A stretch of 58,129 nucleotides of DNA from an uncultured Candidatus Saccharibacteria bacterium (GCA_964479405.1 CAYZMA010000002.1:1-58129); one strand, 5' to 3'; numbered from the stretch's first letter, positions 6,642 to 17,036 are shown. Translations and numbers: made by a program. Notes: generated from the letters alone by a model not told the origin.

Positions 6642-8102
6642 ATGATTGCACATTTTAAACGTTTAACAGGTCAAATATTTTATTATGGTTTAGGTGATAT
6701 AGCGACAAAACTTATTACTGTTTTAATTTTACCTATTTTTGCTCGTTATTTAACACCGGCTGATTTTGGTGTGGCTTCTATTTTAATAGTGAGTACTATT
6801 TTAGTTTCTGGTTTAGCTGATTTAGGTCTTTCGGTTAGCACTTACCGTTTTTATTATGAAGGAAAAGATCAAAATAAATTTCGCTTAATTTCAACTGTTC
6901 AAATTTTTTCAACTTTAATAACAATTATTATTGCTTTTGTAGTAATATTTTTCTCTCAATCTTTGTCGCAAATATTCTTTAAAACTTCTGATTATAATTA
7001 TATTATTATTTTGGCATTTTTAAGCATTCCTCTTAACAATCTGACTGTTGCTCAAATCAATCGTTTGAAATTGGAAAATAAGGCCAAAGTTTGTGCCAAT
7101 ATCCAAATTACAAAAGCCTTAACGGATATTATTTTTAAGGTTATTTTAATTATTTTTTTAAAACATGGCATAAATGGGTTATTTGAAGGTCAAATAATCA
7201 ATGCTACTATCTATGCGATTATTTTTATAATTTATTCATTGAGGATTACTGGATTCGGATTTTCCTATACACTTTTAAAAAAAATGCTTAGATTTGGTTT
7301 GCCTTTTGCCTTTAGTCCTATTTTTTTTTGGATTTTAAATTGGGCTGATCGACTAATTTTAGGTAGAATGACTAATATGACCGAGGTTGGACTCTATACA
7401 CTTGGCTATACTGTTGGGATGGCGGTGATGCTACCCGTAGGTGCTTTTACGACGGCATGGCCAACTTTTTATATGTCGGTTATTAAAGAGCCAAAGGCTA
7501 AAAAATTTTTCTCTCTTGTGTTGACTTATTTTTCTCTTATTATTGGCTATTTTGCCTTATTGATTATTATTTTGTCACCCGATTATTTTTATTTTTTGAC
7601 TCCGGTCCAATTTCATAGCGCTTATACAATTGTTCCAATGGTTGCTTTTTCTTATATTTTCTTAGGTCATTATTCTATTATGATTACCGGTACTTATTTA
7701 AAACGTAAAACATTTTATATTTTTATAACTGAAGTTTTGGCTATAATCATTAACTTAGGGCTATTATTTCTTCTTGTTCCTCGCTTCGGTAGAATAGGTG
7801 CGGCTTGGGCGACCCTTGGGTCTTATTTTGCCTTACCGGTTATAATCTATGCCTTGACTTTTAAAGTCTTCCCGATAAAATATGAATACAAAAGGTTAAT
7901 TCAAATTTTAATAGCCATACTAATTGTTTTGTGGATTAATCAGTTTTTATATGCACCTAATATTTGGAATTTGTTTTTAAGATTGCTCATTTCCTTATTT
8001 TATCCTCTCATTTTATTATTAATGGGATTTTTTGAAAAAACAGAAATTAAATTATTAAAATTAAATTTTGCTAAATATTCATCAAAAATTATTAAAAAAT
8101 AA
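6642..8102 (+). CDS. wzx: Wzx-like MOP-superfamily polysaccharide flippase (copy 1)
   Basis: 486 aa with about 12-14 hydrophobic segments. The layout is typical of polysaccharide biosynthesis proteins, and it sits in a glycan locus. Confidence 0.7.
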   Translation: MIAHFKRLTGQIFYYGLGDIATKLITVLILPIFARYLTPADFGVASILIVSTILVSGLADLGLSVSTYRFYYEGKDQNKFRLISTVQIFSTLITIIIAFVVIFFSQSLSQIFFKTSDYNYIIILAFLSIPLNNLTVAQINRLKLENKAKVCANIQITKALTDIIFKVILIIFLKHGINGLFEGQIINATIYAIIFIIYSLRITGFGFSYTLLKKMLRFGLPFAFSPIFFWILNWADRLILGRMTNMTEVGLYTLGYTVGMAVMLPVGAFTTAWPTFYMSVIKEPKAKKFFSLVLTYFSLIIGYFALLIIILSPDYFYFLTPVQFHSAYTIVPMVAFSYIFLGHYSIMITGTYLKRKTFYIFITEVLAIIINLGLLFLLVPRFGRIGAAWATLGSYFALPVIIYALTFKVFPIKYEYKRLIQILIAILIVLWINQFLYAPNIWNLFLRLLISLFYPLILLLMGFFEKTEIKLLKLNFAKYSSKIIKK

Positions 8103-8129
8103 AAAAAACAGCTCTAAACTTAGAAAAAC

Positions 8130-8876
8130 ATGAAAATAACCATAATTTGTAAAAAAATAAAAAAAATTATTTCATCTCTAAATAAACCCTTGAGTCGTCT
8201 TGAGCAAAGAATTGCTAACAAGGGAGAGAGATTGGTGCCAAAGTCGCCTAGCGATCCGGAAGTTATTCGTCACCAGAGTTCTTATAATTTTTTTAAAAAA
8301 ATTATTCTCAAAGATCAAAAATATCTAAAATTTAAAAAGATAGGTATTATTGATTTGGGTTGTGGTGTTGGATATGGATGTAAAATATTGTCAGAACTTA
8401 AAAATGTCAAGATAACTGGTGTGGATATATCGGCTGAAGCTATTGAATATTCTAAAAAAAATTACAAAGCGTCAAATATTAATTATTGTCAAACTGATTT
8501 GAAAAAATTTATCCCTAACATGCCAAAATATGACTATGTAGTATCTCGGGGGGTATTTGAGCATATGCAGAAGGGGTTAGAATTAGCTCATAAAAGCGCA
8601 TGGCACTATCGGCTAATCTTTGATGTCCCTTATAATGAACCGCCCAAGATCAACCAGTTCCATTTAATTACTAGAATAACTGAAAAAAATTTTTTAAAAT
8701 TCTCCAATGTAGAATTATTTTATCAAGATTTAGATGGTGTAATTTATGATCAAGATACCAAACCGACTCGACCCAATATGATTATTTGTGTTGCTAGTTC
8801 TTCTAAAATGAAGAAGATTAAACAAAATAAAATAAAATTTCCTTTATCGTCTTGGCAAGGAAAAAAACTTATATGA
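8130..8876 (+). CDS. Class I SAM-dependent methyltransferase
   Basis: GERLVP..H..SYNFF leader, motif I IIDLGCGVGYG, and later GVFEHM. Confidence 0.75.
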   Translation: MKITIICKKIKKIISSLNKPLSRLEQRIANKGERLVPKSPSDPEVIRHQSSYNFFKKIILKDQKYLKFKKIGIIDLGCGVGYGCKILSELKNVKITGVDISAEAIEYSKKNYKASNINYCQTDLKKFIPNMPKYDYVVSRGVFEHMQKGLELAHKSAWHYRLIFDVPYNEPPKINQFHLITRITEKNFLKFSNVELFYQDLDGVIYDQDTKPTRPNMIICVASSSKMKKIKQNKIKFPLSSWQGKKLI

Positions 8877-9586
8877 ATATTTATTGGATGCCTAGAAAAA
8901 AGTTAGATTTAATTATTAAGCAGAAAATAAAACCGTCGGCTATTGTCTTAGATATTGGGTGTGGTATCCGACCGCAAAAATTTCAAAAACCTCTTATTCA
9001 TATTTGTTGTGAACCATTTGGCCAATATGTTGAAGAATTACAAAAAATCATTTATCGGAAAAAATGGACCGACAGGTTTGTGGTTATTCAAGCTGATTGG
9101 TCTATGGCTGTCAAAATATTTCCTCCTTTTTCGGTAGATGTAATTTTTTTAATTGATGTGATTGAGCATCTTCCTAAGACAGAAGCGCTGGCCTTACTTA
9201 AAAAAACAGAAAAAATTGCTCGTAAGCAAATAATTATTTTTACTCCTTTAGGATTTTTAGTGCAAAAACATCCTGATGGCAAAGATGCATGGGGGATGGA
9301 AGGTGGTAAGATGCAAGAGCATCGATCTGGTTGGGAATTATCGGATTTTGATGACACATGGGAAATTTATGCCACCGATAAATATCATACGACTGACAAT
9401 CTTGGTCATTTCTATCATAAACCCCATGGTGCTTTCTATGCTGTTAAAGATATAATTTTGCCCAAAAAAAAGATTAGTATTTGGGAAAGCAATTTTTTTC
9501 AGGACTTAACTGAATTCGGCCAAAAATATTTTAGGAAAATAAAAAGGATAATCCATCTAAAAAATATTAAGGAACGCAATGAATAA
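8873..9586 (+). CDS. SAM-dependent methyltransferase-like protein
   Basis: VLDIGCGIRPQ and FLIDVIEHL. I prefer the ATG at 8873 (ATGA overlap with the upstream stop) over the TTG at 8852 in the ORF track. Confidence 0.65.
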   Translation: MNIYWMPRKKLDLIIKQKIKPSAIVLDIGCGIRPQKFQKPLIHICCEPFGQYVEELQKIIYRKKWTDRFVVIQADWSMAVKIFPPFSVDVIFLIDVIEHLPKTEALALLKKTEKIARKQIIIFTPLGFLVQKHPDGKDAWGMEGGKMQEHRSGWELSDFDDTWEIYATDKYHTTDNLGHFYHKPHGAFYAVKDIILPKKKISIWESNFFQDLTEFGQKYFRKIKRIIHLKNIKERNE

Positions 9587-10421
9587 TAACGGCCAAGAAA
9601 AAATTACCTACGAAATAAAACCGCCCAGAGGTTTGATTAAAATTGATTTTAAAGAAATTTGGCAATATCGCGATCTCCTATATATTCTCATTTGGCGTAA
9701 TATTAAAATCCGCTATAAGCAGACGGTTGTTGGTGTTGGTTGGGCAATCTTCCAGCCATTGGTGACAATGGCAATTTTTACTGTTTTCTTTGGTCGACTA
9801 GCCAAAATTCCATCAGATGGTATCCCTTATCCTATCTTTGTTTATGCCGGTCTTTTGTATTGGAATTATTTTTCTTCTGCCTTAACAACGGCGAGTGATT
9901 CTTTGATTGAAGATGAAAGTATTATTAAAAAGGTCTATTTTCCAAGAATTATTGTGCCTATTTCAACAGCGGCGACTCCTATTATTGATTTTTTCTTTTC
10001 AATGTTAGTGCTTTTTATCTTAATGTTAGTTTTCCATTTTACACCCAATTTCTGGGGGATTCTTTTAATTCCAGTTTTAATCTTGATTACCTTTGTAGCT
10101 GCTAGTGGCTTAGGTTTGTTCTTGGCTTCTTTAAATGTTAAATATAGAGACGTTCGTTATATTTTAGGATTTTTTATCCAAATTTTATTTTTTGTTTCAC
10201 CAATTATTTATCCAGCTAGCATTGTTCCGGCTAAATTCAAATTAATTTTTTATTTAAATCCAATGTCTGGAGTTATTACTTTAGCTAGAGACACATTATT
10301 GCATCATTTTTCACCCAATTGGCTTTTGTTGCTGATAAGTTTTGGTACTAGTCTAATTTTTATTATTGGTGGTACTATTTATTTTAGAAAAACCGAAAGA
10401 TTCATAGCGGATATTTTGTGA
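9579..10421 (+). CDS. wzm: ABC-2-type polysaccharide export permease (Wzm/TagG-like)
   Basis: IWQYRDLLYILIWRNIKIRYKQTVVGVGWAIFQPL signature and 6 hydrophobic segments. Directly upstream of the ATPase gene. Confidence 0.9.
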   Translation: MNNNGQEKITYEIKPPRGLIKIDFKEIWQYRDLLYILIWRNIKIRYKQTVVGVGWAIFQPLVTMAIFTVFFGRLAKIPSDGIPYPIFVYAGLLYWNYFSSALTTASDSLIEDESIIKKVYFPRIIVPISTAATPIIDFFFSMLVLFILMLVFHFTPNFWGILLIPVLILITFVAASGLGLFLASLNVKYRDVRYILGFFIQILFFVSPIIYPASIVPAKFKLIFYLNPMSGVITLARDTLLHHFSPNWLLLLISFGTSLIFIIGGTIYFRKTERFIADIL

Positions 10422-10428
10422 GGTTTAG

Positions 10429-11664
10429 ATGACTAAAAGTGTGATTAAAGTTCAAAATTTAGGTAAAAAGTACAAAATTGGTTTAAGAGAACCTTATTAT
10501 TCTCTCCGTGATTCGGTTGCTAATTTATTTAAAAAGAAAAAGCCTAGAGATGAATTCTGCGCGCTTCAAGGTATTAATTTTGAAGTTAAAGAAGGGGAAG
10601 TGTTGGGGATAATCGGACCAAACGGTGCTGGGAAAAGTACTTTGCTAAAAGTAATTTCACGCATTACTCCTCCTACCACTGGTCGTGTGTTGATTCAAGG
10701 AAAAATCGCCTCGCTTTTAGAGGTAGGGACTGGTTTTCATCCGGAATTAACAGGAAGAGAGAATATTTATTTAAGTGGAGCAGTTTTAGGTATGAGTCGA
10801 GCTGAAATTAGCAAAAAATTTAATCAAATTGTTGAGTTCTCGGGAATAAGCCAGTTTATAGATACACCAGTGAAGCGTTATTCAAGTGGGATGTATGTTC
10901 GTTTAGCATTTTCAGTTGCGGCTCACCTTGAACCAGATATTTTAATCATTGATGAGGTTTTGGCTGTAGGAGATGCTAATTTTCAAAAAAAATGTCTTGG
11001 GAAAATGGGAGAAGTAAGTCAAGGTGGTCGAACGGTCTTATTAGTTAGTCATAACATGCATTCAATTTTAAGTTTAAGTTCACGTTGCTTATTTCTTTCT
11101 AAAGGAAAGCTTATCCAGAGTGGAGAACCCGAGAAGGTAGTTAAGGCCTATCGGGAAAGTGCCAGTGGCAATTCTCAAGGGAAAACTAATTTAACTAAAG
11201 CAGCTCATTATGGTGATGGTTCAGCTTGCTTTACTCATATTAGTCTTCGTGATCCGGAAGGAAATCCGATTTTTGTGACCGGTTGTAATATTGAGGTAGA
11301 ATTAACGATTAAGGCCTACGAGAATATCAGTAATGCTAATGTGGCTATTGTTATTTCTGACGAACAAGAAAACCGCCTAATTGATGTTAATACCTTAATT
11401 AAAGGTTATAGTTTAGATTTAAAAAAGAAACAGCAGGCCAAAGTGATTTTTTTATTAAAAAATGTTCGTTTGCAACCCGGCGTTTATACTGTTGCTGTTT
11501 GGATGGGTGCTTTTGCTAGTCATGAAATTGATGCAGCAAAATATGCGAGTTCTTTTGAAATGGAGGCACGACGAGAAGATGTTTTGTATACAAGTCCTTT
11601 TCCCGGTGTCTATGCTTGCGAATTTGATTACAAAATAAAAAAAGATAGAGGCAAAGGAATTTAA
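10429..11664 (+). CDS. wzt: ABC polysaccharide export ATPase (Wzt/TagH-like) with a ~160-aa C-terminal beta-rich extension (Wzt_C-like glycan-binding domain candidate)
   Basis: Walker A GPNGAGKST, signature YSSGMYVRLAF, Walker B ILIIDEVLAVGD. The extra C-terminal domain runs GDGSACFTHISLRDPEGNPIF..VELTIKA..VAIVISD.. Confidence 0.9.
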   Translation: MTKSVIKVQNLGKKYKIGLREPYYSLRDSVANLFKKKKPRDEFCALQGINFEVKEGEVLGIIGPNGAGKSTLLKVISRITPPTTGRVLIQGKIASLLEVGTGFHPELTGRENIYLSGAVLGMSRAEISKKFNQIVEFSGISQFIDTPVKRYSSGMYVRLAFSVAAHLEPDILIIDEVLAVGDANFQKKCLGKMGEVSQGGRTVLLVSHNMHSILSLSSRCLFLSKGKLIQSGEPEKVVKAYRESASGNSQGKTNLTKAAHYGDGSACFTHISLRDPEGNPIFVTGCNIEVELTIKAYENISNANVAIVISDEQENRLIDVNTLIKGYSLDLKKKQQAKVIFLLKNVRLQPGVYTVAVWMGAFASHEIDAAKYASSFEMEARREDVLYTSPFPGVYACEFDYKIKKDRGKGI

Positions 11665-12377
11665 TGGCGATTTTTACTTTTCTTAAATTAATGATCAAAA
11701 AATTTATTTATCTCTTTTCTCTTCCTGGGAAAGTGCAAAAATTAGAATATCACAATTTTAACCGGCGTTATTACACGATTGAGCAGGTGGCAGCCTATTT
11801 AGTTGGCGCGAAAATTCATGGCGATTATTTAGAGTTTGGCGTCTATCAAGGAGCAATTTTTATCCATGCTTATAAATGGTTAACTTCTCAATTTGACAAG
11901 ATGCGTTTTTTTGCTTTTGACTCATTTGAGGGTCTGCCGGAACCAAAAGGTATAGACAATCTGAATGATTATTCCAGTAATTATCATTTCCATGAATTTG
12001 CTTGTTCAAAGGAGAGTTTTTTAAGAAATTTAAAAAAGGCCAAGCTTAATTTGGAGCGGGTAAAAGTGGTTAAAGGCTGGTTTAACAAAACTTTAAAATC
12101 AAATAAATTAAAAAATTATGGAATTAAGAAAATTTCTGTTGCTTGGATTGATTGCGATTTATACGAATCTACTGTGCCTGTGCTAAAATTTATTACGCCA
12201 TATTTAGAACGTGGGTCAGTGATTGTTTTTGATGATTGGCATGCCTTCAGAAATAATCCTAATTATGGTGAGCAGAGAGCTTGTCGAGAATGGTTAAAAC
12301 AGAATCCAAAGATTAAATTAGCTGAATTATTTACTTATGGATATGGAGGCATTGTTTTCACGGTAACCTCTTGTTAA
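11664..12377 (+). CDS. TylF/MycF-like sugar O-methyltransferase
   Basis: GDYLEFGVYQG, FDSFEGLPEP, WIDCDLYEST, VIVFDDW. Confidence 0.7.
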   Translation: MAIFTFLKLMIKKFIYLFSLPGKVQKLEYHNFNRRYYTIEQVAAYLVGAKIHGDYLEFGVYQGAIFIHAYKWLTSQFDKMRFFAFDSFEGLPEPKGIDNLNDYSSNYHFHEFACSKESFLRNLKKAKLNLERVKVVKGWFNKTLKSNKLKNYGIKKISVAWIDCDLYESTVPVLKFITPYLERGSVIVFDDWHAFRNNPNYGEQRACREWLKQNPKIKLAELFTYGYGGIVFTVTSC

Positions 12378-12381
12378 AAAT

Positions 12382-13422
12382 ATGAAAAAAAAGAATTTAA
12401 AAAATAAACAACAATATTTCAACAGCTTTGATTATTTGAAAGTTTTTTTTGCTATTTCTATTGTGGCTTGGCATACCAAAGCATTAGGTCCGACAAGTTT
12501 GGTTAATAGTCAATTAAATCTCAATCTTAAAGAGATTATTTATGGTAATCTTTTTTTGGTCGCAGTTCCTATTTTTGCTCAAATCTCCTTGTTTTTATAT
12601 ATTTACAATCGAGAAATTAAAAAAAATTATTTTTGGGGAAGAATATTTTATCTTATCATATTGTATTTATTTTGGATGGCCTTGCTAATTATTTTATTTT
12701 ATGCTGGTAATCGGGCTAAGCTTCAAACTCTGGAGTTTTGGCTTTCTGGTGGAGCATCACCCTTATATTTTCTTTTGGTGCTTGTAGTAACAACAATTGT
12801 GATGGAAGTATTTTTTCTACTTAAAAAACTTTTAAATGAACGAATTTTTATATCTATCTCTGTATTATTACTGCTGATTTCAACTTTAGTTTTGGTATTT
12901 AAAGTTAATTTGGTAAATTTCATGATTCCTAAATATTTGCCACTCCTTATGTCTCATTGGAGCCCAATTAATTTTTTACCATATGTTTTTTCTGCTCTTC
13001 TTTTTTTCTATTTATATCAAAAGAATTATTTTAGAAATAAAAATATACAGGTTATGGCTCTTATAACCTGTTTTATAATTATTTTAATTGCCTATTTTGA
13101 ATATAGATTTATACCAAATCCGATTTATTTGCAGTATGACGGTATGATTATCCCCCCATATAGTCGTTTATCAATTATTTTAAGCACGATGTTAATTTTA
13201 TATATTTTTTTAAATCGGGAAGACCGGCCGTCAATAATTGTCAAAAAAATGTCCGAGCTAACACTGGGAATTTATATTTTACATGTTTTTGTAATGAACC
13301 TTCTTGCCGGTTTTTCGTCAGCTTATTATCAAATAATTAAAAACAGTGTTGTCTACTTTGGATTAGTTTTGTTAATTTCTTTAATCTTAACTTATTTAAT
13401 TAAACAGAAAAAAATAATTTAA
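12382..13422 (+). CDS. Acyltransferase-3 family integral membrane protein (sugar O-acyl/acetyltransferase candidate)
   Basis: FDYLKVFFAISIVAWH N-terminal motif and about 10 hydrophobic segments. Confidence 0.6.
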   Translation: MKKKNLKNKQQYFNSFDYLKVFFAISIVAWHTKALGPTSLVNSQLNLNLKEIIYGNLFLVAVPIFAQISLFLYIYNREIKKNYFWGRIFYLIILYLFWMALLIILFYAGNRAKLQTLEFWLSGGASPLYFLLVLVVTTIVMEVFFLLKKLLNERIFISISVLLLLISTLVLVFKVNLVNFMIPKYLPLLMSHWSPINFLPYVFSALLFFYLYQKNYFRNKNIQVMALITCFIIILIAYFEYRFIPNPIYLQYDGMIIPPYSRLSIILSTMLILYIFLNREDRPSIIVKKMSELTLGIYILHVFVMNLLAGFSSAYYQIIKNSVVYFGLVLLISLILTYLIKQKKII

Positions 13423-13425
13423 AAA

Positions 13426-14631
13426 ATGACACCTAAAAAAAAGAAAATTCTAATTATTGCTTTAGCTCAAAGCACACATACTCATGCTTGGATTGATCTA
13501 ATTTCTAAGGAAAAGTTTGAGGTGCGCCTTTTTGGGGTCAAAAATACTAGTCCCAGCATTAAGATCAGCTCATTTTACTATTGTTTGCAAGAAAATTACC
13601 CGTTTATTAACCAGAAACCAAGTAACAATCGTTTGTTGAAAATGCTAAGAAAATTATTATTTGTTTTTGACTATTTTAAAGGGTATCGTTTAGAAAAGAA
13701 GTGGTTGAGTCGGATTATTCAAAATTGGCAACCCGATATTATCCATACGCTTGGTATTGATCCGGCCGCATTGCACTTTATGGATGTTCGGTCTAAATTT
13801 AAACTTGGACCAAATTATCGTTGGGTTGTGACTATTAGAGGCGGTTCGGACATAGAGTTAGAAAGATTTAGTCTGACTAACAAAAAAATATTCAAAAAAA
13901 TCTTTCAAGAATGTGATCTTGTCATTGCTGATAATAAAATTACTTATTCATACGCTTTTGAGTTAGGTCTTAATAAAAACAAAAAACCGAGCCTAGAATT
14001 TATTCCCGGTACTGGCGGAATGGATATCGAAAAATTATCTAGTTTAAGGAAACAAAAAACATCCCAGAGCCGAATTATCCTTTGGCCAAAAGCTTGCGAA
14101 GCAACTTACTCAAGAGGTTTGCCGGTTTTAGAGGCCGTAAAAATCGCTTGGCCCAAAATTGTTCCCTGTAAATTTATTATGACTGCTTGTGATCAAGATT
14201 TTATTAAATGGCTTAATACTTTGGACGAAGAAATTCGTCAAAATATTCAAACTTATAATCGAATTCCTCGAGCAGATTTACTAAGGATTATGGCCAAATC
14301 AAGAGTAATACTATTACCATCATTAATTGACGGTGTACCTAACAGTTTGTATGAAGCGATGGCTTGCAGGACTTTACCCATAGTTTCTCCTCTTAAAACA
14401 ATTAAAACCGTTGTTAACCAAAAGAATGTTTTATTCGCCAGGAATTTATATCCAAATGAAATTGCCAACGCTTTAATTAAGGCAATGAATAACGATCAAA
14501 TGCTTGAAAAAATAGTGGAAAATAATTTAATTTTAGTCGAAAAAATCGCTAATCGTAAAAAAATCGCTGCAGAAGTTAATGATTTTTATTGGAAATTATC
14601 TGAAGATAAAAAGATTATAAAAAATAAATGA
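13426..14631 (+). CDS. GT-B fold glycosyltransferase (GT4-like)
   Basis: C-terminal LLPSLIDGVPNSLYEAMACRTLPIVSP motif. Confidence 0.75.
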   Translation: MTPKKKKILIIALAQSTHTHAWIDLISKEKFEVRLFGVKNTSPSIKISSFYYCLQENYPFINQKPSNNRLLKMLRKLLFVFDYFKGYRLEKKWLSRIIQNWQPDIIHTLGIDPAALHFMDVRSKFKLGPNYRWVVTIRGGSDIELERFSLTNKKIFKKIFQECDLVIADNKITYSYAFELGLNKNKKPSLEFIPGTGGMDIEKLSSLRKQKTSQSRIILWPKACEATYSRGLPVLEAVKIAWPKIVPCKFIMTACDQDFIKWLNTLDEEIRQNIQTYNRIPRADLLRIMAKSRVILLPSLIDGVPNSLYEAMACRTLPIVSPLKTIKTVVNQKNVLFARNLYPNEIANALIKAMNNDQMLEKIVENNLILVEKIANRKKIAAEVNDFYWKLSEDKKIIKNK

Positions 14632-15629
14632 ACCGAAAAAAACTAATTAATTTTTATTTAAAAATCCGTCGTGGATTATTTTTAATTATCAATTTTTTCT
14701 TTTTGAATCCCGTAAACCTAGAGGTTTTTAAAAGAGTGGCGATGTATGGGTATGGGAGTGACAAATGTCTTAAAAAAGGTTTTTTACCTCTGCCAGTCCA
14801 TTTTTATTCACCTATACCAGATATTGAAGATCTTGAAAAAAGAAAAATTTGGGATAAAAAAAGTGAACTTAAGGGAATTGATTTTAATCAAAAAAAACAA
14901 TTGATTCTTCTAAAAATATTAGGTCGTAAATATTATCAAGAGTGTCGTTGGCCACTTAATCCAACTAAAAATCCGGCCGATTTTTTTATTGACAATTCTG
15001 GTTTTAGCTTTGGTTGCGCCGCAATTTTATATACGATGATTCGGGAATTTAAACCTCATCGTATTTTTGAAATTGGTTCGGGTAATTCGTCACAAGTGAT
15101 TTTTCAAGCCATTAGAACTAATCAAAAAGAAAACCAAATTAATAAAACATCCTATACTATTATTGATCCATATCCAGGCAGATATGTAATTAATAGAGAA
15201 GTTAAATATAATAGATTAATTAAGAAAAGGGTTGAATTAATGAACCCTGTAATATTTAATGAACTAGGTAAAAATGATATTTTATTTATTGATTCCAGTC
15301 ACACCTCGAAAATTGGCAGTGATGTTAATTTTCTCTATCTTGACATTTTGCCAAGATTGAGACCGGGTGTAATTATCCATATTCATGATATAAATTTACC
15401 TTATGAGTATTCCAAAAATTATGCTACAAGCGAATGTTTTCGTCAATTTTGGAATGAACAATATTTACTCCAAAGTTTCCTGACTTATAACCATAACTTT
15501 GAAATTTTATTAGCCATGGGATATATTATGGTCGATCACCTAAAAGATTTTAAATTAGCTTTTCCGACTTATGATAGTAAAATTCATGAATTATCTAGTG
15601 GTAGTTTTTGGATGAGAAAAAGTAGGTAA
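14628..15629 (+). CDS. Class I SAM-dependent methyltransferase (Methyltransf_24-like)
   Basis: HFYSPIPD leader, IFEIGSGNSS, LFIDSSHT, IIHIHDI. ATGA overlap. Confidence 0.65.
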   Translation: MNRKKLINFYLKIRRGLFLIINFFFLNPVNLEVFKRVAMYGYGSDKCLKKGFLPLPVHFYSPIPDIEDLEKRKIWDKKSELKGIDFNQKKQLILLKILGRKYYQECRWPLNPTKNPADFFIDNSGFSFGCAAILYTMIREFKPHRIFEIGSGNSSQVIFQAIRTNQKENQINKTSYTIIDPYPGRYVINREVKYNRLIKKRVELMNPVIFNELGKNDILFIDSSHTSKIGSDVNFLYLDILPRLRPGVIIHIHDINLPYEYSKNYATSECFRQFWNEQYLLQSFLTYNHNFEILLAMGYIMVDHLKDFKLAFPTYDSKIHELSSGSFWMRKSR

Positions 15630-15632
15630 GTA

Positions 15633-17036
15633 ATGAAAATATTGTTTATTGTAAAATCTGAAAGTATTCAAACAGCGCGTTGGATTTCTCAAATCAATGA
15701 TCAGGGTTGGGAAATTCATCTTTTTCTCAGCACATACGAAAGTGATAGTATCCTAGAGATAAAAAACGTGACTATTCATCGTTCAGTTTTTCCTCGGGTA
15801 GGGGAAATTGATCAGTTAATTATATTTAAAAGCGGACGGCTCCAACTCAATAGGATAATAACATTTTTTAAAAAAATCCGTGATAAAATCAATCCAAATT
15901 TCCGCGCTACTCAACTCAAAAAAATAATCGAAAAAATAAAACCTGATATTATCCATTCCTTAGGATTTCAATCTTCGGGATATTTGACCTTGCAAGCAAA
16001 ACAAATTTTTCAAGGTAAATTTCCTATTTGGATTGCATCAAATTGGAACAATGATATCTATCAATTTAGCAGTTCTCAAACAGAAAAATTTGAAATAAAA
16101 AAACAAGTAAAAGAATGCGATTATTATTCTTGCGAATGCAAAAGAGATTTTTCTTTGGCAAAAGAAATTGGTTTTGAAGGTAAAATTTTGCCAATTTTTC
16201 TAAATTCTGACGGATTTAACTTAAAGGAAATATCTTCTTGGCGTAAACCTTTGTCACAGAGAGATATAATTATGATAAAAGGAGAATTTGATCTTTATGA
16301 TCGTATTATGGTGCCATTTGATGCTTTAAATTTTTGCATGCCTGATATAAAAAAATATAAAGTTGTGATATATTCAATCTCTGATCATTCTCTTATTGCC
16401 AAGGAAGCGGAAAAATTTCAGAAGAATACAGGTGTCAGGGTTAAGGTGTTGAGTCAAGATATTTCGCCTCAACAAATTTTGAAACTACACGGCAAAGCTC
16501 GTATTTCAATTGATTTAAGTTTAAATGATGCAATGAGTCAATCATTTTTGGAAGCGTTGACGATGGGTTCTTTCCCAATTCAATCGAGTGCGACTTGCGC
16601 TCATGAATGGATTAAAAATGGCGAGACTGGGATAATTGTGCCACCGGAAGATTCCAGAGCCATTGCTAAAGCAATTAAAAGAGCAATCCAAGAAGACAAA
16701 ATGATCAAAGAAGCAATTAAACTCAATTGGCAAACCGCCCAAAAAAAATTGGACTGTCAATTAATAAAACAAAAAACTTTGGATTTTTATCAAATGGTTT
16801 TTAAAAATTGTTCTACTCCAAAATTAAAGATTAATTGGTTTAAACGAGGTCAAAATATTGTGATTGAAATGTTTTTGATAATTTGGATTATTTTTTTTAT
16901 GTTAGCATCATTGGTGAAATTTGGTATCCAAGGGTTTCAAGTGTTGAGGCCGACTGGCAAGATTTCTTCCAAAATTGAAATCATTGTTTGGCAAGCAAAT
17001 CAATGGCTAGAACAACATATCTGGAGAACATTTTGA
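15633..17036 (+). CDS. GT4-like glycosyltransferase with a C-terminal transmembrane anchor
   Basis: SQSFLEALTMGSFPIQS..GETGIIVPPED. Hydrophobic IVIEMFLIIWIIFFMLASLV near the C-terminus. Confidence 0.7.
   Translation: MKILFIVKSESIQTARWISQINDQGWEIHLFLSTYESDSILEIKNVTIHRSVFPRVGEIDQLIIFKSGRLQLNRIITFFKKIRDKINPNFRATQLKKIIEKIKPDIIHSLGFQSSGYLTLQAKQIFQGKFPIWIASNWNNDIYQFSSSQTEKFEIKKQVKECDYYSCECKRDFSLAKEIGFEGKILPIFLNSDGFNLKEISSWRKPLSQRDIIMIKGEFDLYDRIMVPFDALNFCMPDIKKYKVVIYSISDHSLIAKEAEKFQKNTGVRVKVLSQDISPQQILKLHGKARISIDLSLNDAMSQSFLEALTMGSFPIQSSATCAHEWIKNGETGIIVPPEDSRAIAKAIKRAIQEDKMIKEAIKLNWQTAQKKLDCQLIKQKTLDFYQMVFKNCSTPKLKINWFKRGQNIVIEMFLIIWIIFFMLASLVKFGIQGFQVLRPTGKISSKIEIIVWQANQWLEQHIWRTF

Noticed and set aside
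9579-11664. Interpreting the locus as a classical LPS O-antigen cluster because of wzm/wzt and the wbp-like and fnl-like genes.
   Set aside because: No WaaL, Lpt, lipid A or core genes are visible, and the same gene families build S-layer glycans, teichoic-acid-like polymers and capsules in monoderm organisms. The acceptor of the glycan cannot be decided from this window.
16988-17002. Upstream TTG starts used by the ORF track at 16988, 18979, 8852 and 44386, and the upstream ATGs at 25386 and 55395.
   Set aside because: In each case a downstream in-frame ATG has a better context, either an SD, an ATGA or TAATG overlap, or a canonical family N-terminus. The preferred starts are 17003, 19042, 8873, 44395, 25422 and 55347. 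The extended versions would overlap neighbouring genes or remove the divergent intergenic region.
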